The notes beneath the pieces are model-generated. The model worked only from the letters and a program-made list of their open reading frames with translations, was not told the origin of the DNA and ran no database searches. Below are positions 16,865 through 24,775 of a DNA stretch of 25,107 nt, piece after piece. Both the position numbers and the translations under genes were made by a program. Where the stretch lies: positions 1 through 25,107 of the IMG/VR virus record IMGVR_UViG_3300005611_000182; one strand, written 5' to 3'. Within the stretch, counting starts at the first letter, position 1; every line of letters starts with the position of its first letter. This DNA comes from a virus (lineage: Duplodnaviria; Caudoviricetes).

Positions 16865-18595
16865 TCAGTCTCCGAAGCCGAGTGCGGCGCGGAGGTCTTC
16901 GGTGTCGTCCTCTTCGGCGCGCTCCTCCTCCCCGTCGGCCAGCACCGCGGTCGCGTCGCTGAGGATGGCGAGGGCGCGGCCGACGATGTCCGCGCGCTCC
17001 ACCTCGCTTGCTTCCTCGAGGCCTGCGAGCAGCTCGGAGACCTCGCGGAGGTCGTCGCCCACCGTCTCTGCCGTCTCCAGCATCGCCGTCAGGTTGTCGA
17101 CCATCTGCTGAGCCTCTGGCGGCGCGGTCGGGTCGACTCCGCCGAAGGTGTTCTGCGCCATGCCCGCGCGGTCCTGCGCCTCGGTGGCGTAGGTCTCTGG
17201 GTCTTTCGCTTTGTCGATCACGCCCAGGGTCTGCAGGTGCCTGACGTAGTCTCCGGGGGTGATCATCCCAGCCTGACGGACGATCTCCAGCGCTTCGAGC
17301 TCGGCCTTCTTGTCGGATGGCAGCACCGGGCCCGCGACGAAGCGGTAGACCGGCCGGTCGGGCTCGAGGTGAACCCCGCGGTCCATCGCGACCGCCATGT
17401 CTACTGCGCGGGCGAGCTCCGGGAGGATGTTGCCGCGGACCTTGAGGATGCTGGCCACGTAGGCGGCCGACAGGGTCCGGAGTGCCTCCCCGGACGCGCT
17501 GGCTCCGCCAGAGAAGACCGCGAAGACCGGGAACGTCTGCCGCACCCGGTCGAGGCACTTGTCGACGGCGAGCAACAACTCCTTGATGGGGTTTCCGCTC
17601 GGCTCGAGGTAGCCCAGCTCTGCGTTGGCCGGGAGGCTGTGCATCCATGTCCCGAAGCGGCCCACGTTGCGGTTGGTGGTGGTCGCCCCGGGTGCGCCGC
17701 CCAGGGACGCGCCCTTGAGGTAGGGCATCGGGGCGCCGTAGCGCGTCGCGATGGCGTGGACCTGGGCGACCAGCGAGTCAGCCGCCGCGAGAACCGACAG
17801 GATGCCGAAGCCAGCCCCGACGCCGTGCCCCGGCTGGTCGGTCTCGCCCCACACGAGGTTCACGAACGGGACGTGGCCAAGGTTGTGGGCGCCGCTCTCG
17901 CTGGGCACCGGGTCCCCGTTCATGCTGACCGTGATGGTCTCGGGCGTCAGGATCCGGGTGTAGATGTTGAGCGTCGCCCCCTCGCCACCAGACAGCGAGG
18001 CGATGGCATCTCCGCCCTGGTCCAGTTCTTCCGCCGTGAAATACTGGTTGGTGATGGCGACGCGCCGGACCTCGGTGTCGGTCGCGTCGTCGAAGACCAC
18101 CGCGTAGATGCGCGGGTCTCGGAAGACCATCTTCGTGCGGTAGGGGGCGGAGCTCTCCATGCGAACCAGCTCGATGCCGCACCGCCCGGGGCCCGCGCAC
18201 GCCCATCCGATTCGGCTCAGCTGGTTCGCGAAGTTGCTGCGGCGCAGCACCGCCTCCCCTTCCTGGATGGTCCGTTGCTCGAGGCCTGGGTCGCGCTCGG
18301 TGTCCGCTTGGTCCAGGAGGTCGCCCTGCAACTCCAGCGACAGCCCGCCACCAAAGAGGGATTCCGCGCCGCGTTCCACAATGAACACGTAGTCTCGGAA
18401 GACACGATGGGTGCGCGCGATCTCGTTGCCCCGCAGGTCCATCGCCGAGAACAGGTGGTAGGCCTCTGCCTCTGCGGCGCTGTATGGCTGCATCTGGAAG
18501 GCATCGATCCTTCGCTGGTAGGCGTCTCGCCACTCCGCCTCGGTCGTTGGGTACCGGAGCGGGCTGGCGGAAGTGTCAGGCCAAGTCGTGGTCAT
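16865..18595 (-). CDS. Portal protein (576 aa)
   Basis: Directly after TerL, GGAG RBS; HNLGHVPFV and ASGEALR motifs as in SPP1 gp6-like portals. Confidence 0.82.
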   Translation of the reverse strand: MTTTWPDTSASPLRYPTTEAEWRDAYQRRIDAFQMQPYSAAEAEAYHLFSAMDLRGNEIARTHRVFRDYVFIVERGAESLFGGGLSLELQGDLLDQADTERDPGLEQRTIQEGEAVLRRSNFANQLSRIGWACAGPGRCGIELVRMESSAPYRTKMVFRDPRIYAVVFDDATDTEVRRVAITNQYFTAEELDQGGDAIASLSGGEGATLNIYTRILTPETITVSMNGDPVPSESGAHNLGHVPFVNLVWGETDQPGHGVGAGFGILSVLAAADSLVAQVHAIATRYGAPMPYLKGASLGGAPGATTTNRNVGRFGTWMHSLPANAELGYLEPSGNPIKELLLAVDKCLDRVRQTFPVFAVFSGGASASGEALRTLSAAYVASILKVRGNILPELARAVDMAVAMDRGVHLEPDRPVYRFVAGPVLPSDKKAELEALEIVRQAGMITPGDYVRHLQTLGVIDKAKDPETYATEAQDRAGMAQNTFGGVDPTAPPEAQQMVDNLTAMLETAETVGDDLREVSELLAGLEEASEVERADIVGRALAILSDATAVLADGEEERAEEDDTEDLRAALGFGD

Positions 18596-18604
18596 GTCGG
18601 CTCC

Positions 18605-18640
18605 GTTTCATTCTGGAACTCCAGCGTATCACCATGGAAC
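18605..18640. promoter_or_regulatory. Tandem pair of 15-bp palindromic operator-like sites over a possible extended -10 promoter
   Basis: GTTTCA-TTC-TGGAAC (18605-18619) and GTATCA-CCA-TGGAAC (18626-18640), 21 bp apart; minus-strand TGnTACGCT at 18623-18631. Confidence 0.65.
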
Positions 18641-20251
18641 GGCCACAGTCGGCATCTCGTCTTCGCTGAGGCTCCAGCGCATCAGCATCTGGGAGGCGGC
18701 GTCGCAGTCGTCGTCGTGGGAGACGGCGGGGAAGGCGCACCACTGACCTACCACCTCCTCGACATCTGGCATCAGTCGGGCGTCCGGCAGAACGATGGCG
18801 CCCGCCTCCGCGTCGCGCTCCAGGTAGACGAAGCGGGCGGCCTTGCTCGAGTCCTTGCCGGGTGTGTGGGTCGTCGGGTTGAACGGCACCAGGAAGCTGT
18901 AGCGGTCCTTCCTCATCTGCAGGTAGGTCGTCCCGTTGGCCTGGTCTTCAATGTAAACGATGCCGGCGGTGCGCTGGACTGCCCACGTCCACTGCTCGAC
19001 CAGGGCATCGAGCGCGCGCTCGAACTCCGGGTAGGTGAACCGCTGGTGGACGCGGGCGAGCAGATGCCGCTTCCCACCGGTCCGGGCCCAGACGTGGAGC
19101 GCGTGGTAGTCGCTGTTGGTCTCGCGCTTCTTCGCTGCGTCGACGGAGATCGAGACCTCGTCTGCAGTCTTCGCGATGTCGGCGGGGTCGCACTGGTAGC
19201 GCTCGGCGAAGTGGGCGCGCTTGACCCGGCCGCCCTCGACGCGCCCAGGGCGCTGTTGGAGCTGGGCGGCGGCCTGCCCGAAGCCCGCACGGTTGAGCTT
19301 GGTCTTGAGCTTCTCGACCTCTTCGCGTGGGAACTTCGCGGGGAAGAGCAGCTCGCCCGGCTCGGTGCGCGGGTCGTCTGGGTGGATGTGCGGGTGGTCG
19401 GGGTCGTACTCCATCGGCAGGCACACGATCCTGCAGCCACCCTCGCGGATGGCGTGGCCGGCCGGGTCGTTGATGTGGAGTCGCTGCATCACGAGGAGAT
19501 GCCGAGCGGTCCCGAGGTCGTTGACGCGCGTCGAGAGCACCGCGTCGATGTTGGTGTTGACCTCTTTGCAGCGGCGCTCGATGGCCTCTGGTGAGCCGAG
19601 CACCACCTCTTTCACGTCCATCGGATCGTCGATGTCGAGGTCGTCTCCCCGCTTGCCAGTCGCCCCGGAGCCGAGGCCGAGGCACTGGCGGAAGCCGCGC
19701 TCGGTCGTCTCGAAGTTGACGCGCTGGTTCTGGTCATGGCTGAGGCGCCAGGGACGATCTCCCCGCGCCTTGGCCGCCGCGTCTGCCAGCGCGATGTACT
19801 CCGGATCTGTCACGATCTGCCGAGTCCGGCGGCTGTCGCGCGTGGCGAGGTCGGTGTCCTTGCTCAACACCAGCTTGCGGCGCGAGGGGTTGTGCAGCCA
19901 CTCCCAGGCGGGCGCGAAGACGAAACAGGCCAGCGACTTCATGCAGCCCGGCGGCATGTTGATGACCAGGCGGCGGTGGTCTGGCGACCCCATCGCTCTG
20001 GCCTGGAGTTCTCGGAACAGGATGCTCAGGTGCCAGTTCCACACCAGCGGGGTGCCCGGCTCCACCAGCGGCCACGCCCAGCGCGCGAAGCTCTCGAGCG
20101 AGTCCGGGCGCGTCGGGTCGATGGCGGCGTGGCCGTCTCGCTTCCGCTGCAGATCCGCGAGGCGCTCTTCCTTCTGCCGGCGCACCAGCGCTGCCCGGCG
20201 CGCAATGAGCTCTTCGAGGCGGGCCTCCAGGTCTCGCGGCTCGCTGCTCAT
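18629..20251 (-). CDS. terL: Terminase large subunit (540 aa)
   Basis: Start reassigned to the ATGA overlap at 20251; Walker A INMPPGCMKS, Walker B LDIDDP, VMQRLH coupling motif, nuclease SVDAA and HDDDCDAASQ. Confidence 0.93.
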   Translation of the reverse strand: MSSEPRDLEARLEELIARRAALVRRQKEERLADLQRKRDGHAAIDPTRPDSLESFARWAWPLVEPGTPLVWNWHLSILFRELQARAMGSPDHRRLVINMPPGCMKSLACFVFAPAWEWLHNPSRRKLVLSKDTDLATRDSRRTRQIVTDPEYIALADAAAKARGDRPWRLSHDQNQRVNFETTERGFRQCLGLGSGATGKRGDDLDIDDPMDVKEVVLGSPEAIERRCKEVNTNIDAVLSTRVNDLGTARHLLVMQRLHINDPAGHAIREGGCRIVCLPMEYDPDHPHIHPDDPRTEPGELLFPAKFPREEVEKLKTKLNRAGFGQAAAQLQQRPGRVEGGRVKRAHFAERYQCDPADIAKTADEVSISVDAAKKRETNSDYHALHVWARTGGKRHLLARVHQRFTYPEFERALDALVEQWTWAVQRTAGIVYIEDQANGTTYLQMRKDRYSFLVPFNPTTHTPGKDSSKAARFVYLERDAEAGAIVLPDARLMPDVEEVVGQWCAFPAVSHDDDCDAASQMLMRWSLSEDEMPTVAVPW

Positions 20252-21054
20252 CCTGCCAACTCGGCCTTGAGGCGCTCGATCTCGGCGTCCAGTTCGTCGA
20301 CCTCTGCCGGCGCATCGGTGTGCACGGTGTTGATTGCGCCCAGGTCGAGGGCCTCCCAGGCCTTGGTCACGAGAGAGCCCAGCGACTTGGCCGCCATGAT
20401 GGCGTTGGCCCTGCGCTGGTCCAGGAACTCCAGCTCGGCGAGGCGCTCCTTGGTCAATGGCTCCGCTCCAGGATCTGCCACGCGCTCGGCTTGCTCGCGG
20501 GTGTCGTCCACCATCTCCGCAGCGATGCGGACCGCGCCCGCGGAGGCCTTCGCCCCGTAGTAGGCGACCTCGGCGACATGCTCCACGGTGGCCCGGCGCT
20601 GGACTGCCCGGAGCTCCTCCACGTAGTCGCGGACCGGCCCGGGGTTCATCAGCCAGCGGCGGACGGTGGTGTCTGCCACGCCGACGCGCTCCCCGATGGC
20701 CTTGTAGCTCAGGCCGTTGTTGACCCAGAGCAGGGCCACCTGCTGACCCTGCGTTGCAGGCGGGGGTGCCGTGACCGTCGGCACAATGATCACCGGCGTT
20801 GCATCTTCTCCAGGTGTTGCAACGCTGTTGCAACGGTCGGGGGGTCGCGTTGCAACGGTCACCGGCTGGTTGGCCTTCGACTTCCTGCCCGCTTTGAGCT
20901 TCGGGGGCACGCCATCCCGAGAGCGCCAGGAGCGAAGAGTGCCAGCGCTCACCCCGTACTTCTTGCAGATGAAGTCCATCGACCGACCGCCGTGCTCCAG
21001 CTCCCGGAGGATGGCCTCGCGCTCCTCTGGCGTCCGTCGCTTGGCCCGGCTCAC
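20248..21054 (-). CDS. terS: Putative terminase small subunit with two HTH domains (268 aa)
   Basis: GGAGG plus GTG at 21054; HTH1 MDFICKKYGVSAGTLRSW, HTH2 LSYKAIGERVGVADTTVRRW, helical C-terminus; coupled directly upstream of terL. Confidence 0.7.
   Translation of the reverse strand: MSRAKRRTPEEREAILRELEHGGRSMDFICKKYGVSAGTLRSWRSRDGVPPKLKAGRKSKANQPVTVATRPPDRCNSVATPGEDATPVIIVPTVTAPPPATQGQQVALLWVNNGLSYKAIGERVGVADTTVRRWLMNPGPVRDYVEELRAVQRRATVEHVAEVAYYGAKASAGAVRIAAEMVDDTREQAERVADPGAEPLTKERLAELEFLDQRRANAIMAAKSLGSLVTKAWEALDLGAINTVHTDAPAEVDELDAEIERLKAELAG
20753..20856. repeat. Cluster of GTTGCAAC palindromes inside terS, candidate pac/TerS-binding region
   Basis: GTTGCAAC at 20816, 20827 and 20849; GTTGCA at 20753 and 20798. 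Confidence 0.6.
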
Positions 21055-21287
21055 GCTACCTCCGTGCCGGGCTGCCCCCGAAGCTCGACGCCCCACGCCC
21101 ACACGCTCTCAAGGGCCACGGTCTTGCCCGAGGCTGCCCAGATGACCGCGTCGACCTCGAGCTGGACCCGTCGCCCGTCGACGTAGACCTTCCGCCCCGC
21201 CCGCAGGTCGGAGACGAGGGAGGGCACCAGCGGGAGCGTGCAAGTCGCACCCGGGCCGTATGTGGCGATGTGGATGTCTGGGGCCAT
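21051..21287 (-). CDS. Hypothetical protein (78 aa)
   Basis: First ORF after the predicted promoter and GTGA-coupled to terS; start at 21287 preferred over 21305. Confidence 0.55.
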   Translation of the reverse strand: MAPDIHIATYGPGATCTLPLVPSLVSDLRAGRKVYVDGRRVQLEVDAVIWAASGKTVALESVWAWGVELRGQPGTEVA

Positions 21288-21313
21288 GTCGTGCCTTGGC
21301 CGCAACCGTGGGC

Positions 21314-21342
21314 ATTGTAGCCGGACGGTGGGGCGATGTCGA
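21314..21342 (-). promoter_or_regulatory. Predicted sigma70-type promoter of the packaging operon
   Basis: TCGACA-N17-TACAAT (5/6 and 5/6 to consensus); the spacer contains the iteron core GCCCCACC. Confidence 0.65.
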
Positions 21343-21410
21343 GATGCCAGCCCGGGAGACTCGGTGCCGTACGGGTACCGGGTCGGTCCCTCGGGGACTT
21401 TTCAGGTACC

Positions 21411-21693
21411 GGGTGGCCCCACCTGGCCCCACCTGGCCCCACCTTGGTGGGGCCGGGCAAAAGCACGATGAGCGGCCTATTTAGATAGGGGTGGCCCCAC
21501 CTGCCCCACTCTTGATGCAGGGTACTTGCACGGCAGCCGACTTTTCGCTGAAAACCAGAATTTCCGTTCTCTCCCCCCAGATAAACACCTCCTGTGCAGC
21601 TATGGTGGGGCAGGTGGGGCCACCCGCACGTAAAGACGCACCAGCAGCACCAAAAGGCCGGCCCCACCAAGGTGGGGCCAAGGTGGGGCCAGG
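21411..21693. repeat. Putative replication origin: symmetric iteron array around a lower-GC core
   Basis: Eleven GCCCCAC cores in nested inverted arrangement, non-coding, directly downstream of the helicase gene. Confidence 0.75.
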
Positions 21694-21715
21694 GGGCTAG
21701 ACTGTGCCATATCGC

Positions 21716-23833
21716 TCAGGCGTCGGCGGACTCGACAGCGGCCCGATGGATGACCAGCAGTCGGGGGCGAGAGCCCGCCATCCGTGTCTTCCGGGTGCGG
21801 TGCTTGCCCGGTGGGGAGTCGAGCCAGCCACGGGCGTGCCATGCCGCGATGGCGTTCGCCGTGTCGAAGCCCTGCCTGTCGAGGATGCCCTCGACCTCAG
21901 CCGGGGCGATAGCGATGCGGTCCCAGCCGTCTGTGGGCGTCTGTGAGCCGCCGACCTCTGACGTGTGGTCCCAGCGCCCCACCCAGCCCCCAGGAGGCGC
22001 CTGCCTGGCCCCTGGCCACCAGAACCGCGCCCGGTTGGCGGCGCACCAGGCGAAGAGGCGGTCCATGGCCGCGCGGGGCTGGTCTGCGTCCTCTCCGCTG
22101 CGCCTACAGGCCTCCATTGCCACCCGGAGGGGGTCACACCCTCGGGGAGGCTCGAGGCCCACCTCGGCGCACAGCTGGCGGGCAAGGGTCAAGGCCGCCA
22201 CGGCCTTGGAGAGGCGGCGGGCAACCGACTCGTCAGTCTGGGCAGCGGCGTACTCGCGGAGCGGCTCGAAGGCCTTGCGGAGCGCACCGAAGCCTCCGTT
22301 GCCCATGATGTGCCGCACGACCCTTGGCAACAGGTGGCCGTGGTTGGCCTTGGCGGCCGCCTCGGAGGCCTCCGCCAGCGATGCCCCGTGCGCGCTCTCC
22401 TCGCCCAGCATGGACCCGCCGATCACCAGCGTGCGAGCTCGTGCGCCGCCGTCTCGGCTCACCGACAAGATCGAGGCCTCCCCGTTGGAGCAGAGCCACG
22501 AGCGCCACTGCGAGCGCCAGCGGTTGCCGTCTGGGCGTCCCCTTCCCTTCTCAACACCGCGGGCGTGCTGGTAGAGCGTCCGGGCGACATCTTCGTCCGA
22601 CCGGCGCTCCTTGCTGTCGTCGAGAGCAATCGGGATGTGCTGGAGGAAGGCCGCGGTCCTCTCGATGTTGGCGGGCGTGTCCTTCCAGGAGCCCATCAGG
22701 CCCAACTTGCCCCCGACCTCTGCGGGCCGACCCACGGCAGAGAGGCCGACGATCATGGACGTGCTCTTGCCCTTGGAGGTGTCCCCGGCGAGGTCGATGG
22801 TGTAGCCGGGCAGCCCGAGGGGCTCGAGGAGCACGCTGGCGATGCAGGCCCAGGTCATCAGCCACGGGCCGACCGCGGAGTCCAGGCGGCGCATCATGTG
22901 CAGGTAACCCTCCCAGGTGCCGGCGCTCACGCAGGCGTCGGCGAGCTGGGCGAAGCCCTCGTCCGCTTGCACGGTCAGCTGCGACGGGCCGATGACCGAC
23001 CGCCCCCACACGAAGGACCAAGCGCCCTCAACCTGGACCCAGCCCATCCGGCTTATGCTGCGGGTCTCGGTGGTGGTCTCGCGGTCGAGCGAGGTGCTCA
23101 GCATGTGGTCGATGTAGTGGACCACGGTCCGGGCGTTTGCGCTGGAGACCGGTGCCCCGAGGCCGCCCAGGGCGCCGATGATGGCGCGGGAGTCCTTCGC
23201 GGTCGAGAGCGGCACCACCTTGCGCCTCCAGGAGCGGCCGATCCGCCAAGCGACCTCGATGACGCACTCTTCGGTCTCCACGTCCGAGCCGAAGCCGGTC
23301 ACCACCATCGGGGCAGAGCACACGAGCTCGGAGATGTCTTCCCCGTCCCGCTGGCGCACCAGCCAGACGCCGCTCGAGTCCACCCGGTACCCGCGAGGTA
23401 CCGAGTAGTCGCGGCCCTCTGTCGGCGCCCCGTCGAAGGCATCGATCGGACTCTCGTAGCCGTCGGGCAAGGGGTCGACCGCTCGGAGGTGGCTGCGGGC
23501 CTTGGCGGCCTTCTCGATGGCCTTGGCCTCGCGCGTGATGGCGGTGCAGACCTTGCTCACCTGGGAGGCCAGACCGGAGTGCCCGCGGAGGCCCTCGAGC
23601 AGCGCCACAGCCTTGCCGGGGCAGCGGTACTCCAGCCAGCCCAAGGCCTTCTGGTGGAACAACAGGCCCCCGATGGCCTCCGCCTTGACCTGCTTCGCGT
23701 CGGGTCCGGCGGCGTCGTCGACGGTGGCCAGCGCCTTGGTCAGCATGTCCAGGGCGGCGAAGGTGTCCGGCGGCGCGTAGTCGTCCACTGTGGCGCGCAT
23801 CTCGCCGATTGCCCTCTGTCTCAGCTCTTGCAT
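21716..23833 (-). CDS. DUF927-type replication helicase / P-loop NTPase (705 aa)
   Basis: Start reassigned to the TGATG overlap at 23833; DUF927-like VPRGYRVDSSGVW...SRMGW region, Walker A GDTSKGKST, Walker B IALDD, KGRG, SNGE and GGARAR motifs, HGH motif. Confidence 0.82.
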   Translation of the reverse strand: MQELRQRAIGEMRATVDDYAPPDTFAALDMLTKALATVDDAAGPDAKQVKAEAIGGLLFHQKALGWLEYRCPGKAVALLEGLRGHSGLASQVSKVCTAITREAKAIEKAAKARSHLRAVDPLPDGYESPIDAFDGAPTEGRDYSVPRGYRVDSSGVWLVRQRDGEDISELVCSAPMVVTGFGSDVETEECVIEVAWRIGRSWRRKVVPLSTAKDSRAIIGALGGLGAPVSSANARTVVHYIDHMLSTSLDRETTTETRSISRMGWVQVEGAWSFVWGRSVIGPSQLTVQADEGFAQLADACVSAGTWEGYLHMMRRLDSAVGPWLMTWACIASVLLEPLGLPGYTIDLAGDTSKGKSTSMIVGLSAVGRPAEVGGKLGLMGSWKDTPANIERTAAFLQHIPIALDDSKERRSDEDVARTLYQHARGVEKGRGRPDGNRWRSQWRSWLCSNGEASILSVSRDGGARARTLVIGGSMLGEESAHGASLAEASEAAAKANHGHLLPRVVRHIMGNGGFGALRKAFEPLREYAAAQTDESVARRLSKAVAALTLARQLCAEVGLEPPRGCDPLRVAMEACRRSGEDADQPRAAMDRLFAWCAANRARFWWPGARQAPPGGWVGRWDHTSEVGGSQTPTDGWDRIAIAPAEVEGILDRQGFDTANAIAAWHARGWLDSPPGKHRTRKTRMAGSRPRLLVIHRAAVESADA

Positions 23834-24402
23834 CAGGCCCCCAAGTCCCAGATGGGGCCGGCCCATCCGCAGGTGTTCGCGTGGTTGCACCGTGCCCAGG
23901 TCGCCCGGTCGGGGGCGATGAGGAACCAGGCGTCTCTGCGCCGGCACACGGGGCATGTGAGGTTGATCATGCGCTCGCCCTGCCGTCGACCCCCGCGGAG
24001 CTTGCCCTCGGTCTCGCGGGTGAGTGGGTCGAAGCGGAGCAGCTGGCGGCGCTGGTGCTCTGGGTGGTCGGCGGACTCGCGGACCGCTCGGCGGCGCTCC
24101 TCGAGCTCGGCGAGGCGGGCGCGCTCCTCGGAGGCCTCCCGCTCCTCCCGGTTCTGCGCCCACAGCCCACGGGTGACGAGAAGCTGGCGCAGCTCGTCGG
24201 CGGGGATGGGCTCGGTCCAGGTCTGGCGGGCGACCTCGTCCAGCAGCTCTTGTCGGTGGAGCACGAAGATCTCCGCCACGATGTCCCCGGCCGGGTAGCC
24301 AGCGTTGGCGCGCCCGTGGTCGTGGATGGTCTCGACGACGCGGAGCGGGTTGGTGCCGATGCTGTCGACGGCCTGGGAGACGAGGGTGCGGACGGCGGTC
24401 AC
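23833..24402 (-). CDS. Protein with C-terminal Zn-ribbon resembling a primase zinc-binding domain (189 aa)
   Basis: CPVC-x18-CNHANTC at the C-terminus; GTG at 24402 overlaps an upstream stop (GTGA); coupled to the helicase. Confidence 0.7.
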   Translation of the reverse strand: MTAVRTLVSQAVDSIGTNPLRVVETIHDHGRANAGYPAGDIVAEIFVLHRQELLDEVARQTWTEPIPADELRQLLVTRGLWAQNREEREASEERARLAELEERRRAVRESADHPEHQRRQLLRFDPLTRETEGKLRGGRRQGERMINLTCPVCRRRDAWFLIAPDRATWARCNHANTCGWAGPIWDLGA

Positions 24403-24545
24403 GGCGCCCACCCCGAAGGGCCCCCCACCGCGCCGCCGGGCATCGACGTGGTGGGGGGAGTGGTTGCAGCAATGGGAGCCCGGGAGATGCGGGGAGCCGC
24501 CCCGCGCGGGGCCTTGCGGCCGGAGTCGTTGGGTGGGCGGTTCAT
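24399..24545 (-). CDS. Small Pro/Ala-rich hypothetical protein (48 aa)
   Basis: Below the ORF-track cutoff; MNRPPNDSGRKAPRGAAPRISRAPIAATTPPTTSMPGGAVGGPSGWAP, with ATGA overlap at the start and GTGA overlap at the stop. Confidence 0.5.
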   Translation of the reverse strand: MNRPPNDSGRKAPRGAAPRISRAPIAATTPPTTSMPGGAVGGPSGWAP

Positions 24546-24769
24546 GGGCGCGTCCTGCGCCGCTTCCTGGCGAGACTCAGCTCCAGCAGCAGTTGCAGAG
24601 CCAGCGCCTCGGAGTTGCCGAAGGCCGCCAGCCGCTCCGCTTCGGAGAGGTCTCCGATGAGACTGCCGGCTTCCGGGTGCTCAGTGCCGAGGATGCGTGC
24701 GGCTCGCTCGGCAAGGTCTTCTTGCTGGCGCACGGGTGCATCCCCGCTATCGCGGGTGTTCTTGCTCAT
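24542..24769 (-). CDS. Hypothetical protein (75 aa) with basic C-terminus
   Basis: GAGG RBS then MSKNTRDSG...LLLELSLARKRRRTRP; start reassigned from 24913. Confidence 0.6.
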   Translation of the reverse strand: MSKNTRDSGDAPVRQQEDLAERAARILGTEHPEAGSLIGDLSEAERLAAFGNSEALALQLLLELSLARKRRRTRP

Positions 24770-24775
24770 GATGTC

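Noticed and set aside
20900-21054. IS3-like OrfA HTH suggesting an insertion sequence
   Set aside because: No DDE transposase, terminal repeats or target duplication; the gene is coupled to terL.
21411-21693. CRISPR array or transposon ends
   Set aside because: Units are 7-10 bp, in both orientations, without regular spacers, cas genes or transposase.
16317-24472. ORF-track long versions 16317-17648, 18629-20833 and 21716-24472
   Set aside because: Their Arg/Pro/Gly-rich N-termini overlap other genes out of frame; coupled starts at 16862, 20251 and 23833 fit better.
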